Assembly (NCBI GenBank): GCA_965248695.1
Contig: CBDFKD010000002.1
Coordinates: forward strand, 416,001 to 480,000
Direction: 5' to 3'
DNA: 64,000 nucleotides
Origin: Acidobacteriota bacterium
Lineage (GTDB): Bacteria > Acidobacteriota > UBA890 > WLXD01
The notes beneath the pieces are model-generated. The model was given only the letters and a program-made list of their open reading frames with translations. It made no database searches and was not told where the DNA came from. The position numbers were made by a program, and so were the translations under genes. Below are positions 1 to 10,631 of the stretch, in pieces (within the stretch, counting starts at the first letter, position 1; every line of letters starts with the position of its first letter).

Positions 1-213
1 AGCGACATCGACCAGCGTCAACTCGAAATGGCTCTTCAGGTGCGAGGCGTTGTTACCGCCCCCGCTACCGAGCTCGAGCACGGTCCGCGGCGCCGATTCG
101 GTCGCCTCGACCAGGATATGACGGTAGATCTCCGCCTCCTCGGCGTATTCCCGTGGCGCCGATAGCAACGGCCACCACGACGCCAGCTCGTCGTACAGCT
201 TCGGCAAGCCCAT
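1..213 (-). CDS. Class I SAM-dependent methyltransferase, 5' part (runs off window start)
   Basis: Manual translation from ATG 213: MGLPKLYDELASWWPLLS...VLELGSGGGNNASHLK; motif I (LELGSGGG). Confidence 0.85.
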   Translation of the reverse strand, partial: MGLPKLYDELASWWPLLSAPREYAEEAEIYRHILVEATESAPRTVLELGSGGGNNASHLKSHFELTLVDVA

Positions 214-227
214 CGTTTTCGCTGCCA

Positions 228-284
228 CTAGCAGGCCGTGGTGGAAGTGTGGCGGGCCTGGTTGCGACGAGTTGGGGCCAGATG
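228..284. repeat. Truncated left end of the MITE at 6089-6359
   Basis: CTAG + CAGGCCGTGGTGGAAGTGTGGCGGGCCTGGTTGCGACGAGTTGG.GCCAGATGC nearly identical to 6085-6142. Confidence 0.85.
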
Positions 285-324
285 CGGTGCAGACCGAGGC
301 GCGTCGAGCCGAGGGCGCCGAGCG

Positions 325-810
325 TCAGGCACCGGGTGCGCTCATGTTCGGTAGATCGATCTCCTTGATGCAAGTTGGGCGCGAGACCGCGAGCACGCAA
401 TCCAGCACGGCCAGCAGGTCCTCCATCGGTACCGCGTCGCCACGGTCGATCGCTCCGGGGCCGAGCTCCTCGAGAACCTCCGCGGTGCCTACGTCACCCG
501 GATTGATGACCGTGACACCGATTCGCTGCGGGCGTAGCTCGGCCCGCAGCGCGTGCACCACGCCGCGCAGCCCGAACTTGGAGGCCGCATACGCGACCTC
601 ACGAAACGGCACGTTGTCCTTCGTTGTTGCCCCGGCCGCGCTCGCCACACACGCAACGCCTTCCGGGGTGGACAGGTCTGCCGGCACCCAGGTGCCATGC
701 TTCGCTTCGGTGCGCGAGACCGAGAACAGCGTGTCTACTCGAGGTTCGAGATGGGCGGCGACCGCCGCACCGATCCCCCGACTGGCGCCGGCAACGACCA
801 CGTTCCTCAT
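325..810 (-). pseudogene. SDR oxidoreductase with in-frame internal deletion
   Basis: GASRGIG and YAASK motifs present but only 161 aa; central Rossmann segment missing near 630. Confidence 0.7.
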
Positions 811-1247
811 CAGCGCTGGTTCGAGTTGTCCATATCGGAGAAAATCAGCCAGCGGCCATCTGCGCCCTTTCTGAGCGTCAGAGTGAACTTGCCGGCGTCC
901 GGATTGCCCTGCTCCTGTGTGTAGCCGCCGATGATGTAGGCGACCTCACCCGCGGCCTCGTAGGCAATGGCGCGCAACGAGAGCGGCCCACCGCCGTCTC
1001 CGTAGTACGCCGCGATCGCCGCTCGCCCGCGTACCGGCGGGCGGCCTCCGGCGAGCACGAACCCGTCTTCGGCGAACAACGGCGCCAGGGCAACACCACC
1101 GACCCGATACGCCGTCTCGTAATCCGTGAGTACCCGAGCCAACTCCGGCGGGAGCACGACGCTCGGTTGTGCGTTTGTACCTTCCTGTGTTGCTCCCGAC
1201 AATGCCAGGATCGCCAGCAAGCCTGTGGTTATCAACGGCGTCCGCAT
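810..1247 (-). CDS. Secreted NTF2-like/DUF4440 (YybH-type) protein
   Basis: Signal peptide; LFAEDG...GRAAIAAYY...GKF.LTLRK..DGRWLI. Confidence 0.75.
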   Translation of the reverse strand: MRTPLITTGLLAILALSGATQEGTNAQPSVVLPPELARVLTDYETAYRVGGVALAPLFAEDGFVLAGGRPPVRGRAAIAAYYGDGGGPLSLRAIAYEAAGEVAYIIGGYTQEQGNPDAGKFTLTLRKGADGRWLIFSDMDNSNQR

Positions 1248-1289
1248 GTTCATCTCCAACTGCGCGCGGTGGGATCCGAAGTCAGGCCA

Positions 1290-1670
1290 CTACGTCCGCT
1301 GACGTGCGGCAAGCCATCCGCCGAACAAGCCAGCGACGATACGCCCCACGTTCGACACGACGAAAATCAGCTGAAAAGCCGTCCCGCTGGCAACGAGTAT
1401 CGCGACATCAATGGCAGCAACCGCGACGCCGAGAACGGTCCCGTTCAGCATATGCGACGCTGCAAGGCCCCTCGCAACCCACCAGCCGCCCACCACGCAG
1501 GCGCCGAACCCGGCGATCGGGCCCACCCAATACCCCAGCTGTTCCGCGTACGCCTGCGCAGCGACTGCGTCGTTCGGACCGAAGATCGCCACGAGCAGCA
1601 CAAGTACCAAGACGGCGGCTATTTCGGCGACAACCGCAGCAACCAGGATTCGACCGACGCGAACGTTCAT
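1290..1670 (-). CDS. Small 4-TM membrane protein
   Basis: 126-aa hydrophobic ORF in the run of minus-strand genes. Confidence 0.7.
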   Translation of the reverse strand: MNVRVGRILVAAVVAEIAAVLVLVLLVAIFGPNDAVAAQAYAEQLGYWVGPIAGFGACVVGGWWVARGLAASHMLNGTVLGVAVAAIDVAILVASGTAFQLIFVVSNVGRIVAGLFGGWLAARQRT

Positions 1671-1813
1671 CCTAGGCTCCGCCGGTAAGCGCGTCGGCCA
1701 GCGCGCTCTCGGAAACGGCGGCGAGTATGTCGTCGATCGTGCGATCGATGTTCGAAAGGGTTGCTCGGTGTTCCGGCGTCATGACTGTCTGTCTCACTGC
1801 TCTGGAAAATCGG

Positions 1814-2164
1814 TTACTTCGGGCGCTCCAGGTACTCCTTGAGCGCGACGGCGTTGTTGTATCGAGTTTCACGCGATGCGAACACGAACGTAACTGGGCC
1901 ATCATCCAGGTGCCTCGAGATCGCATCGAGCGGGGCACGGCAATCACCCAACTCGTTGAAATAGCGACGTTTGAACTCCGGCCACTTGTCGGGATCGTGG
2001 TCGAACCAGCGCCGCAGCTCAGCCGACGGTGCCGTTTCCTTGGCCCAAAGATCAATCCTCGCATCCTCCTTGGACACCCCACGGGGCCAGAGGCGCTCGA
2101 CTAGGATCCGGAAACCATCAGATCGTGCGGCGGGCTCGTAGGCACGCTTGAGCAGGATCGCCAA
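1814..2164 (-). CDS. DUF488 (YeaO-like) protein
   Basis: KRAYEP..SDGFRILVERLWPRGVSKE...APS.ELRRWFDHDP...NNAVALKEYL. Confidence 0.9.
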   Translation of the reverse strand: MAILLKRAYEPAARSDGFRILVERLWPRGVSKEDARIDLWAKETAPSAELRRWFDHDPDKWPEFKRRYFNELGDCRAPLDAISRHLDDGPVTFVFASRETRYNNAVALKEYLERPK

Positions 2165-2204
2165 ACTCGACTCCGTTTTCGTTACCGAGGCAACGCGCCG
2201 CTAC

Positions 2205-3464
2205 TCAGCTCCACTGTCGCCACGCCATCCAGCCGAAGAAAGCAATCGCCGCGGTCAGCGCAGCGACCGTGGACCGCTGGTTGACGTGGTCACCAACCCA
2301 GTCGCGCCGCCCGTTGAGGATCAACAGAACCAGCGCCAGCATCGGGATGAACATGGCGCCGATTACCGCGTAGAGCTTCTGAATCTCCCGGAAGCTCATG
2401 AACAACCCCAGCATCGGTACGAACGCGATCGCCAATAGGTACACCCGGTAGGGGGTGGATCGGGAATCGATGGTCTGGCCCGGCTCACGCCCCGTCGCGT
2501 CGGATTCCTGGATGAACAATCGCCAGATGTCGCCGAACAGATACGGCACCGACTGCCAGACACCCAGCAAGCTGCTGAACACCGCTCCGAACGCGCCCAG
2601 GAGAAAGAACCAGCGGCCCCAGAAGCCCAACGAGGTTTCCAGGCTGTCGGCGAGCTCCACTAGAAGACCAGCCCCGGCCCCCTCGATTCGCAGCGTGGTA
2701 CCGATGATGACCATCGCGATCCCGAAAACCACGGTCATGGCGTACGCAACGCCGAGGTCGATCCGGCACGTCGCGAGATATTCGGTTCCGACCCGTCCTT
2801 TCTCTCGAATCCAGTAGCCATAGCACAGCACCGTAAGCGTCCCGCCGACGCCGCCGACCAGCGCCACGGTCCAGGTAGTCCCTTCGCCGCCGGCGTGCGG
2901 GATCGAGGGCACGAACAAACCGCGCAGCACCTCCTCGAGGCCCGGGTTCAGAAGAGCGGCGGTCACCAGGACAGTGCCGAACATCACCGCGATGCAGACG
3001 CTCATCACCTTCTCGAACAGAGCGAATCCACCGACTCCCACGAGCCCCAAGCCGACCAGACTCGACAAGATGCCGAACGCGACCTTGCCATCGGCCGCAT
3101 CCGCAAAGGCCGGGATCATGGCGTGCAACGTTACGCCGCAAGCGCTCATGAGCGCCGAGCCGACGAAGAACGTCCATAGGAAGAGGTAGGGCAGGAACAC
3201 CCAACCAACCGGACGGCCGAGCCGCCGTGTCCCTTCCAGAAGGGTCTCCCCCGTCGCCAGCTGCCAACGCGTCAGACCCTCGTTCAGAACGAACTTGAAG
3301 AACCCACCGACGACGACCGCCCAGAGCACCGCGGTACCCAGCTGGCTGCCCGTGAAGCTGGCAGTAGCGAGATCACCGGCCCCGACGCCCGTGGCTGCAA
3401 CCAGCAGCCCGGGCCCGATCACCAAGAGCGCGCGCCGCACTCTAGCGACTCCCCGAAGGCTCAT
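2205..3464 (-). CDS. Nramp-like divalent metal transporter family protein
   Basis: [16 protein letters not shown] motif, about 11 TM segments. Confidence 0.85.
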   Translation of the reverse strand: MSLRGVARVRRALLVIGPGLLVAATGVGAGDLATASFTGSQLGTAVLWAVVVGGFFKFVLNEGLTRWQLATGETLLEGTRRLGRPVGWVFLPYLFLWTFFVGSALMSACGVTLHAMIPAFADAADGKVAFGILSSLVGLGLVGVGGFALFEKVMSVCIAVMFGTVLVTAALLNPGLEEVLRGLFVPSIPHAGGEGTTWTVALVGGVGGTLTVLCYGYWIREKGRVGTEYLATCRIDLGVAYAMTVVFGIAMVIIGTTLRIEGAGAGLLVELADSLETSLGFWGRWFFLLGAFGAVFSSLLGVWQSVPYLFGDIWRLFIQESDATGREPGQTIDSRSTPYRVYLLAIAFVPMLGLFMSFREIQKLYAVIGAMFIPMLALVLLILNGRRDWVGDHVNQRSTVAALTAAIAFFGWMAWRQWS

Positions 3465-3900
3465 GCTCGAGCAGCTGCTTGAGCCGGGCCAGGTCTTTGC
3501 GGTTGGCGCGACGAATCATGAACGACATAAACGGCGCCATCCAGGCGGAGAACCCCGACGGGCGTCCGCGATTACGCAGAGACATACGCGTCGATGCTTC
3601 GTCGATGGCCTCCCACGCGTAGCTCGTCTGCATCGGAAACGGGCCCTCCGCGGTCCGCATGACGAAGCGCTCGTGCGGAACCAACTCGACAATTTCATAC
3701 GTGTACTCGAGACGGCGTCCGAGGAAGTGCGCCACGAATGCAATACGCGATCCGACCACGGCGGGCGGCGGCGTCCTCCACTCGACCGACTTGATGTTGA
3801 CGTACCACTCCGGCGCATTGTCAGGATCCGAAGCGTAGCTGGCCACATCCTCAGGTGGACAAGCGATCACGATCTCGGTAGAGACGTCAACCTCGGCCAT
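3442..3900 (-). CDS. SRPBCC/START-like (polyketide cyclase) protein
   Basis: [12 protein letters not shown]...FLGRRL.YTYE...GPFPM...KDLARLK. Confidence 0.9.
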   Translation of the reverse strand: MAEVDVSTEIVIACPPEDVASYASDPDNAPEWYVNIKSVEWRTPPPAVVGSRIAFVAHFLGRRLEYTYEIVELVPHERFVMRTAEGPFPMQTSYAWEAIDEASTRMSLRNRGRPSGFSAWMAPFMSFMIRRANRKDLARLKQLLEHEPSGSR

Positions 3901-4002
3901 CGGTCAGGTTCCGGCCTTTTCCGCCACACGGCGAACAGGCGATATGATCCGGCACGATCCATTCAGCGTCGCGAACAACAGCCTCGGCGAGGCGCAGCAC
4001 GA

Positions 4003-4082
4003 ATGCAACCGGCTCCACGCTCGGTCCCTATGAGATCCGCGAGACGGTGGACTTCCTGGACCCGGTGACGGCTCAGAACTAG
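4003..4082 (+). pseudogene. 80-bp remnant of a Ser/Thr kinase gene (start fused to end)
   Basis: GAGG RBS, ATG CAA CC- GGC then GSTLGPYEIRETVDFLDPVTAQN*; LGPYEI is a typical bacterial Hanks-kinase N-terminus. Confidence 0.55.
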
Positions 4083-4582
4083 CCGGAGGTGCCGGCCGCC
4101 GGAGCGCTCAGACGATAGCGGATGAAGCGCTCGCCCGCGATGATCGTCTCGCCGTCCTCGCGAAAACCCAGACGCAGCATCCCGGCGACGCGTGTTCTGC
4201 TCGGAGGAAGCAGCGCGATCACCGATTGCAGGCCGAGATCGCCAAAGGCGTGGTCGAGGATTCGGTGGCACAGGAATCTGCCCGCGCCCCAGTGTTCCGG
4301 ACTCAGCACGAGCCCAACGTCGGTGTCCTCACCCTCCGGCTGCAGTCCACCCCAACCGACGAATTCGTCCCCCAACATGAACGCCCAGGGCCCGTAGCCG
4401 TGCTCCTCCCACATACGTTCCTTGCTTGCGACGAACTCGTCGCAGTCCGCTGCACCGAACGTACCGTCGGCGAGTGGCAGATGCCGCCGAACCGCGGGGT
4501 CGTTCATGAGCCGGATGATGGCGCTCGACTTCACGTCGCGGAGTCGCCGGAACGCGATCCGCCGGCGATCGGGCCGGCTCAT
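4079..4582 (-). CDS. GNAT family N-acetyltransferase (RimJ/RimL type)
   Basis: HGYGPWAF...FVGWGGL...GLVL.PEHWG.G...RLGF. Confidence 0.85.
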   Translation of the reverse strand: MSRPDRRRIAFRRLRDVKSSAIIRLMNDPAVRRHLPLADGTFGAADCDEFVASKERMWEEHGYGPWAFMLGDEFVGWGGLQPEGEDTDVGLVLSPEHWGAGRFLCHRILDHAFGDLGLQSVIALLPPSRTRVAGMLRLGFREDGETIIAGERFIRYRLSAPAAGTSG

Positions 4583-4708
4583 CTTGTGGCGCCGAGCACA
4601 GTGCCGGCATACAAGGCCTCGAGAAACTGCCGAATCTTCTTATTGGTCAGGTAGAAGCCGCTCAACCGCGAATCCACCGTCCGGGACCGGCGCTACTTGA
4701 TTGGCAGG

Positions 4709-5503
4709 TCACGGCTTGTTCGCCCGGAAGTTGATACCGACGGTGCCGAACTCGCTGGCGCTCGATGCTTGTGGAGCACCGTCGAAGACCTCGGCTTTCC
4801 AGGTGATCTCGAAGTCGGTGAACCCTGCAGCGACGACCGTCGCTTCGAGCTCTGCTTCCAGCAGAGCGCCGGCGATTCAGCCGGTCCACAAATCGATCTT
4901 CTGTTTCGCAGCCTCGGACACTTCGCGGTCAACCAGAATATCGCCGATCTGCAGCCGGCCGCCGGGGCGCAGCACGCGATGCATCTCGCCCAGGGTCTTT
5001 TGCTTGTCGGGCGTCAGGTTGAGCACACCGTTGGAGATCACCACGTCGGCCCAGCCGTCGGGCACGGGAATCTCCTTCATGTAGGCCTCGCGAAACTCGA
5101 CGTTGTCGACGCCCGATTCGGCGGCAGCGGCGCGCGCCCGATCGAGCATCGCCGGGGTCATGTCGATGCCGACGACCTGGCCGCCGGGGGCGACCATGCG
5201 AGCCGCAACGAGCGCGTCGATTCCACCGCCCGATCCGACATCCACCACGTTCTCGCCGGAGGCCAGCTCGCCCATGGCAAACGGGTTGCCAGTGCCGGCA
5301 AACGATTCAACGGCCGATTCCGAAACACCTTCGAGCCACGCATCCTTGTAACCCACGATCTCGGTCAGCGGTCGGCCAGTATGGAAGTGGAAACCCTTGC
5401 CCGGATCCTCCGCGACTTCCCTGTACTCGTGCTGGATGGCCCGCCGCAGGGTTTCGGTATCGACATCGATCGCCTGCGCCACGAGTGAACGATCTGCCGG
5501 CAT
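4709..5503 (-). CDS. Arsenite methyltransferase-like SAM methyltransferase, probable selenoprotein (UGA=Sec at 4877-4879)
   Basis: SFAGTGNP, DVGSGGG, ISNGVLNL.PDK motifs; frame continues past TGA as LWTG-U-IAGALLE...NFRANKP* (stop 4709-4711); hairpin just downstream. Confidence 0.85.
4849..4867 (-). promoter_or_regulatory. Putative bacterial SECIS element
   Basis: mRNA GCUCUGCU-GGA-AGCAGAGC, perfect 8-bp stem with G-starting loop, starting 9 nt after the UGA. Confidence 0.7.
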
Positions 5504-5567
5504 ATCTCTCCCCCTTCTCTCTCCGCGCAGTGCGGCTTTCGGTCTTTCGGAATGGAGGCTCACCGAG

Positions 5568-6059
5568 CTACAGGCCTTTCGGCTCTCGAAGTCGGCCCGC
5601 GCCCCGCGTCAGCCACGTTAGGCCGAGTCCGACGAGCGCACCGGCTGCCTTCACCAAAGTCCCGTTCGGGAGACCAGCGGTATCATCAGCTCGCAGGAGA
5701 CGCCAAATCACGCCGAACTCACTTTCCCGAACCTCGGAAGCTGTGAGCGGCGACAGTGAGTCTGTTTGGACGAGATGAACCAGGCTCAAGTCACCGAGGA
5801 TGAAGAAGCCCAGCACGGCCACGACGATCCCCTTGTGCGCTGGCGCGACTACATGCGCAGTACAGAGGGCGACCCATGCGTATACGAGGCCTGAAAGGAA
5901 GGCGGACGAATAGACGAGCGCTCCACTCGAACCGCCCGCTCCCGCGGGGTACAGCGAGCCAAGCACGCCCGCTGCCAGAAACCCAGCGATCACCGAGACC
6001 GGGAAAAGAACCGTCCACCGAAGCCACCGTGGTACCTGCTCGATCACTGCTCCAGGCAT
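5568..6059 (-). CDS. Hypothetical membrane protein
   Basis: 163-aa ORF with about 4 hydrophobic segments. Confidence 0.6.
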   Translation of the reverse strand: MPGAVIEQVPRWLRWTVLFPVSVIAGFLAAGVLGSLYPAGAGGSSGALVYSSAFLSGLVYAWVALCTAHVVAPAHKGIVVAVLGFFILGDLSLVHLVQTDSLSPLTASEVRESEFGVIWRLLRADDTAGLPNGTLVKAAGALVGLGLTWLTRGAGRLREPKGL

Positions 6060-6088
6060 GCGCGCCTCGCGACGGGAAGAAGAGCTAG

Positions 6089-6359
6089 TAGGCCGTGGTG
6101 GAAGTGTGGCGGGCCTGGTTGCGACGAGTTGGTGCCAGATGCAAGGCGGCCTGACGCAGGCGATGCCCTAGCCATCGTCGAGGAGGGCCAACGCCGCAGA
6201 TGGCCCCAAATCGCCGCAACCCTTTGGGCGACAGGGGGTTGCGCGTGTATGCTGCGTCGTTCGTCGTCAACGATGGGGTAACCATCGCCTCCTCCTCTCT
6301 CCTTGCCTCCACCTCGCAAGACCCTGTCGCCAGGCCCGCCACACTTCCACCACGGCCTG
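6089..6359. mobile_element. MITE (271 bp, non-coding) with 30-bp terminal inverted repeats
   Basis: TIRs 6089-6118 and 6330-6359 match 29/30; flanked by CTAG at 6085-6088 and 6360-6363; internal inverted repeat 6117-6142 / 6196-6221. Confidence 0.85.
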
Positions 6360-7820
6360 CTAGGCAACGATCTGCGGAATCAGCTCGCCGTGGACATCCG
6401 TGAGCCGCATATCGCGACCGTTGAACCGGTAGGTCAGCTGCTCGTGGTCGAGGCCGAGCAGATGGAGCATCGTGGCGTGCAGATCGTGCACCGAGATCGG
6501 CTGCTGCTCGGCCTTGTAGCCGAACTCGTCGCTGGCGCCGATCACCTGACCACCCTGAATGCCGGCCCCGGCCATCCACATGGTCATCGTTCCCGGGTTG
6601 TGATCGCGACCCAGGCCGCGTTGCGAGATCGGCATGCGGCCAAACTCGCCGTGCCAGACGACCAGTGTCGACTCCAGCAAGCCGCGCGACTCCAGATCGG
6701 TCAGCAAACCGGCAATCGGCAAGTCAGACTCGGCGGCGTGCTGGCGGTGGTTCTCCTCCAGAAACCCGTGCGCGTCCCAGGTGTCGGTGTTCTGCTGACC
6801 GAGGCCACCGTGAAACAGCTGCACGAAGCGAACGCCGCGCTCGACCAGGCGTCGCGCCATCAGACACTGACGACCGAACGGTTCGGTCATTTGGTCGTCG
6901 AGGCCATAGAGCTTGCGGGTCGCCCTGGTCTCGGCTGAGGTGTCGATGGCCTCGGGTGCGCAGCCCTGCATCCGGTAGGCGAGCTCGTACGACGAGATGC
7001 GCGCGGCAAGCTCGGAGCTGCCCGAGTACCTCTCCATGTCGATCTCGTTGAGCTTCGCGAGCGTATCGAGCCGGGCGCGTTGCTCCTCCGCCGACATCGT
7101 CTCGGGACGCTTCAGATCGACGATCGGGTCTCCCGCCGAGCGGAAGACCGTTCCCTGATAGCTTGCCGGCATGAACCCGGCGCTCCAGTCGTTGGGCCCT
7201 CCCAACGGGCCACCTCGGTGGTCGTTCATGACCACGAAGGCGGGCAGGCTCGAGCTCTCCGACCCGAGGCCATACGTCACCCACGCGCCGACACTCGGGA
7301 ACCCCATCCGCAGCTGACCGGTCTGCAGCTCGTAGGTCGCTTGCACATGGTCGTTCGAGCGCCCGTAGACCGAGCGAAGGAACGCGATCTCATCGACCTT
7401 GGCGGCGAGGTTGGGGAATATCTCGGAGACCTCGATGCCGCTCTCGCCGTACTTCTTGAACTCGAACGGGCTCGGCATCAGCGGCCCCGGGAAGCCCTGA
7501 CGCACGATAACGTCACCGTCGATCTTGTCGTGCAACGGCTGTCCGGCGTACTTGTTGAGCGCCGGCTTCGGGTCGAAGGTGTCGACCTGGCTGACGCCGC
7601 CGCTCATGAACAGCGAGATCACCGCACGAGCCCGTGGCGCGAAGTGGGGCGCCCGTTCCGCAAACAGGTTGCCGGCCGCGGGGGCGGCACACTGCTGCGC
7701 CCCCAAGAGCCGCTCGCTTGCCAGCAGCTGGGTGAGCGCCAGCCCGGCGATGCCGCCGCCGGACTGAAAGAGAAAGTCACGACGCGACCAGAAGTTCTTC
7801 TGCTTGCCGCAGCAGCTCAT
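6360..7820 (-). CDS. DUF1501 domain protein (Tat-like RR signal)
   Basis: SRRDFL; LFMSGGVSQVDTFDPKP; ARRLVERGVRFVQL; GEFGRMP...GRDHNP; DLHATMLHLLG. Confidence 0.92.
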   Translation of the reverse strand: MSCCGKQKNFWSRRDFLFQSGGGIAGLALTQLLASERLLGAQQCAAPAAGNLFAERAPHFAPRARAVISLFMSGGVSQVDTFDPKPALNKYAGQPLHDKIDGDVIVRQGFPGPLMPSPFEFKKYGESGIEVSEIFPNLAAKVDEIAFLRSVYGRSNDHVQATYELQTGQLRMGFPSVGAWVTYGLGSESSSLPAFVVMNDHRGGPLGGPNDWSAGFMPASYQGTVFRSAGDPIVDLKRPETMSAEEQRARLDTLAKLNEIDMERYSGSSELAARISSYELAYRMQGCAPEAIDTSAETRATRKLYGLDDQMTEPFGRQCLMARRLVERGVRFVQLFHGGLGQQNTDTWDAHGFLEENHRQHAAESDLPIAGLLTDLESRGLLESTLVVWHGEFGRMPISQRGLGRDHNPGTMTMWMAGAGIQGGQVIGASDEFGYKAEQQPISVHDLHATMLHLLGLDHEQLTYRFNGRDMRLTDVHGELIPQIVA

Positions 7821-7824
7821 CCGA

Positions 7825-10447
7825 TCACCGCAGGTAGAGAAACTCGTTCAGGTTGAACATGACGTGCGCCAGATCAATGAGGGAGCCGTTGTCCACCAGC
7901 TCGAGGGCGATGGCGGACTCCGCGTCGGTGGGCGACCGGGACAGCGCGATTCGGTACGCCAGGTCGATCTGGCTTTCAGGCGTCGCAGGCGCGTGCCGCT
8001 CGATGCGCTCCGCCAGCAGCTCCGCCTGTTTGAGCACGAACGGGTTGTTCAGCAGCGTCAGCGCCTGTGTCGGCACGGTGGAGATATTGCGCGCCGCTGC
8101 GGTGACGTTCGGATCAGGAAGATCGAAGGTCTCGAAGAAGGGAAACGTCAGCGACCGGCGCCGGTAGACGTAGACGCTCCGGCGCCAGGCCGCCGGCCCG
8201 TCGGGCTGGCGTTCCCACTTGCCGTGAAACTGCGAGGCGAGGATTTCCTCGGGTACGTATGGAAATATCGGCCGCCCGCCGACGGTCAGATCGATAGCAC
8301 CGCTGGCGGACATGACGATGTCGCGCACCACTTCCGCCTCGAGGCGACGCAGCCGGAACCTCCACAGCAAGTTGTTGTCGGGATCGTTCGCCTGGTTGTC
8401 GTCGAGGGCGGTGGAATCCGGGTACGCAGACGCCATCTGGTATGCCTTCGACGTCAGCATCAACCGGTGCATCTGCTTGATGCTCCAGCCGGAGCGCACG
8501 AACCGGATCGCCAGCCAATCGAGCAGCTCGGGATGTGTCGGACGATCGCCAACCAGGCCGAAGTTGTCGAGCGTTCTGACGATCCCGCGGCCGAAGTGAT
8601 GGTGCCAGATGCGATTGACGGCGACACGAGCCGTCAACGGGTTGTCGGCCGAGGCGAGCCACCGCGCTAGCGCCAGCCGTCGAGCGGAAGTACGCCCGCT
8701 CGGACGTGGGATCTCGGTGGGCGGATCACCGTAGGTGGCAACCGTCACGAAACCGGGAGCCATTGGAGAGCCCTTGCTATGAGGGTCTCCACGGATCAGG
8801 AAGTGGCTGGGCGGGACCTGGTAGCGCCCCGGCCCTTCGTGCAGAAAACTGCCGGGCTCATCGGGTATGACACGACAGGCTGGACACGACACCGTGTCGT
8901 CGCCGGATCCGTCCGGCGCGTAGCGGTAGTCGCCGTCGGTAACGATCTCTGCCATCGGTGGTTCAGCGGGCCGTTCTTCATCGAGGGAGACGAGACGATC
9001 CGCGAGAGACTGACGCGCCGCGGAATCTTCAGCCGTCAGCGACGCTGCGAGCTCATCTCGGTCGACGCCGATTGTCAGCACCTGCGTTGCAAGGAGCTCC
9101 TCGCCTGGCGTTCGCTCGTCGGCCGACTTGAGCAATACCAGCCGAATGTCCTCGGGGAACCGCTGGAGTTGGAGCTGACGCCGATACGGCGCCTCGATCT
9201 CGCCAATCTGCGCAGTGAGCCCTGCAGCACGGGCCTCGATGTCGCCAGCCTTTCTCAGGTAGGCGGCGGCCTCCGCCGGCGGTAGCAACGGCACCTCGAT
9301 CTCGACATAGCCGAAGATCGACGCCTGCATGCGGTAGTAGTCGCGCTGCAGGATCGGGTCGAACTTGTGGTCGTGGCAACGGGCGCAGTGCACCGTGAGT
9401 CCGAGCACTCCCCTGCCGACCGTGGCGAGCACGTCGTCGAGATAATCGTACCGCCGCTCCGGATTGTCCTTCTCGCGAAACCCAACGCGCGGCCCGGCAC
9501 GCAGAAAGCCCGTGGCGACGAGCGTTTCGTTGGTCGCGTCGTCGAGCTCGTCGCCGGCAATCTGCTCTTCGAGGAACCGATCGTAGGGCTTGTCGGCGTT
9601 GAATGCGTTGATGACGTAGTCGCGGTAGCGCCAGGCGTTGGGGCGGTCTTCGTCAAACTCGAAGCCACTGGTGTCCGCGTACCGCGCCACGTCGAGCCAG
9701 TGTCGGCCCCAGCGCTCACCGTAGTGTGGCGAGGCCAAGAGCCGGTCAATCAGCTGTTCCCAGGCGTCGGGCGCCGGATCGCGGACGAACCCGGCGCGCT
9801 CCTCTGGGGTCGGCAGCAAGCCGATCAGGTCGAGGTAAGCGCGCCGCAACGAGCGTCGACCGGTCGGCCTGCGGCGCCGCCGTCAGACCGCCTGCCTGTC
9901 GCGACTGCTCGAGGAAACGATCGATCGGATTCTCGAAGTCGGGCAACTCGGGCGGCGAAACAGCGACCGGGAGCTGAAAAGCCCAGTACTGCCGGGCGTC
10001 GGGCGGTAGCTCCGAGGTTTCGAGGGCCTCCAGGGCATCGTCCGCGGCGGTGGCCCCACCAGCATCCCAGTGAGCCCCGTTGTCGATCCACTCCCGGACG
10101 GCAGCGATCTCCAGCTCGGTGAGGGAATCCCCCTCCATGGGCATCGCCGGCCCATCGAGACCGGCGATGAAGCGGTAAAGGCGACTCTCGTCGGCCTGCC
10201 CCGGCACGAGGGCCGGGCCCCGCGTCCCGCCCCGGAGCGCCGCCTCGCGGGTACGCAAGTCGAGGTCCGAGGTCTGTACGGCTGCCCCGTGGCAATTCCA
10301 GCAGCTGCGCTCCAGAATCGGCCGAATGCTCGCCGTGAAGGTCGTGCTTGGCGCACTCAGCGCCGCGGACTGCGCCTGGGCCCCGGCAACGCTCGGCAGA
10401 CCACCCAACAGGGCTGCTACCAAGGTCGCTCGGATCGTCATTCTCAT
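7825..10447 (-). pseudogene. PSD1/DUF1549/DUF1553 planctomycete cytochrome C domain protein with a +1 frameshift near 9848
   Basis: CWNCH heme motif in upstream frame; RRAYLDLIGL, YGERWGRHWLD, CARCHDHKFDP, NPLTARVAVNRIW in downstream frame; one extra base joins them (real or sequencing error). Confidence 0.85.
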
Positions 10448-10631
10448 TTCGCGACCTCCGCGGCCCATCCTAACGGTCGTGGCGGCTATTGAGAAGATAC
10501 GATGCCGATCTTCGAGTAACGCGTATCGACCGTCACGGCCAGGTCGGCCGTTGCGATCTCAATGTCGCGATATCCACCCATTGCCCGGCGACGACCACAC
10601 ACCGATTACGTCACGGAGCGCGCTCAGATCC

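Noticed and set aside
1253-1290. GCCTGAC...GTTGGAG between two small genes as a collapsed attC
   Set aside because: Both boxes deviate from consensus and GGAG is simply the RBS; chance-level match.
10466-10472. GTTAGGA on the minus strand before the PSD1 gene as a cassette core site
   Set aside because: No matching R'' or L boxes upstream, the downstream unit is a 4-kb operon, and TAGGAT fits a -10 box equally well.
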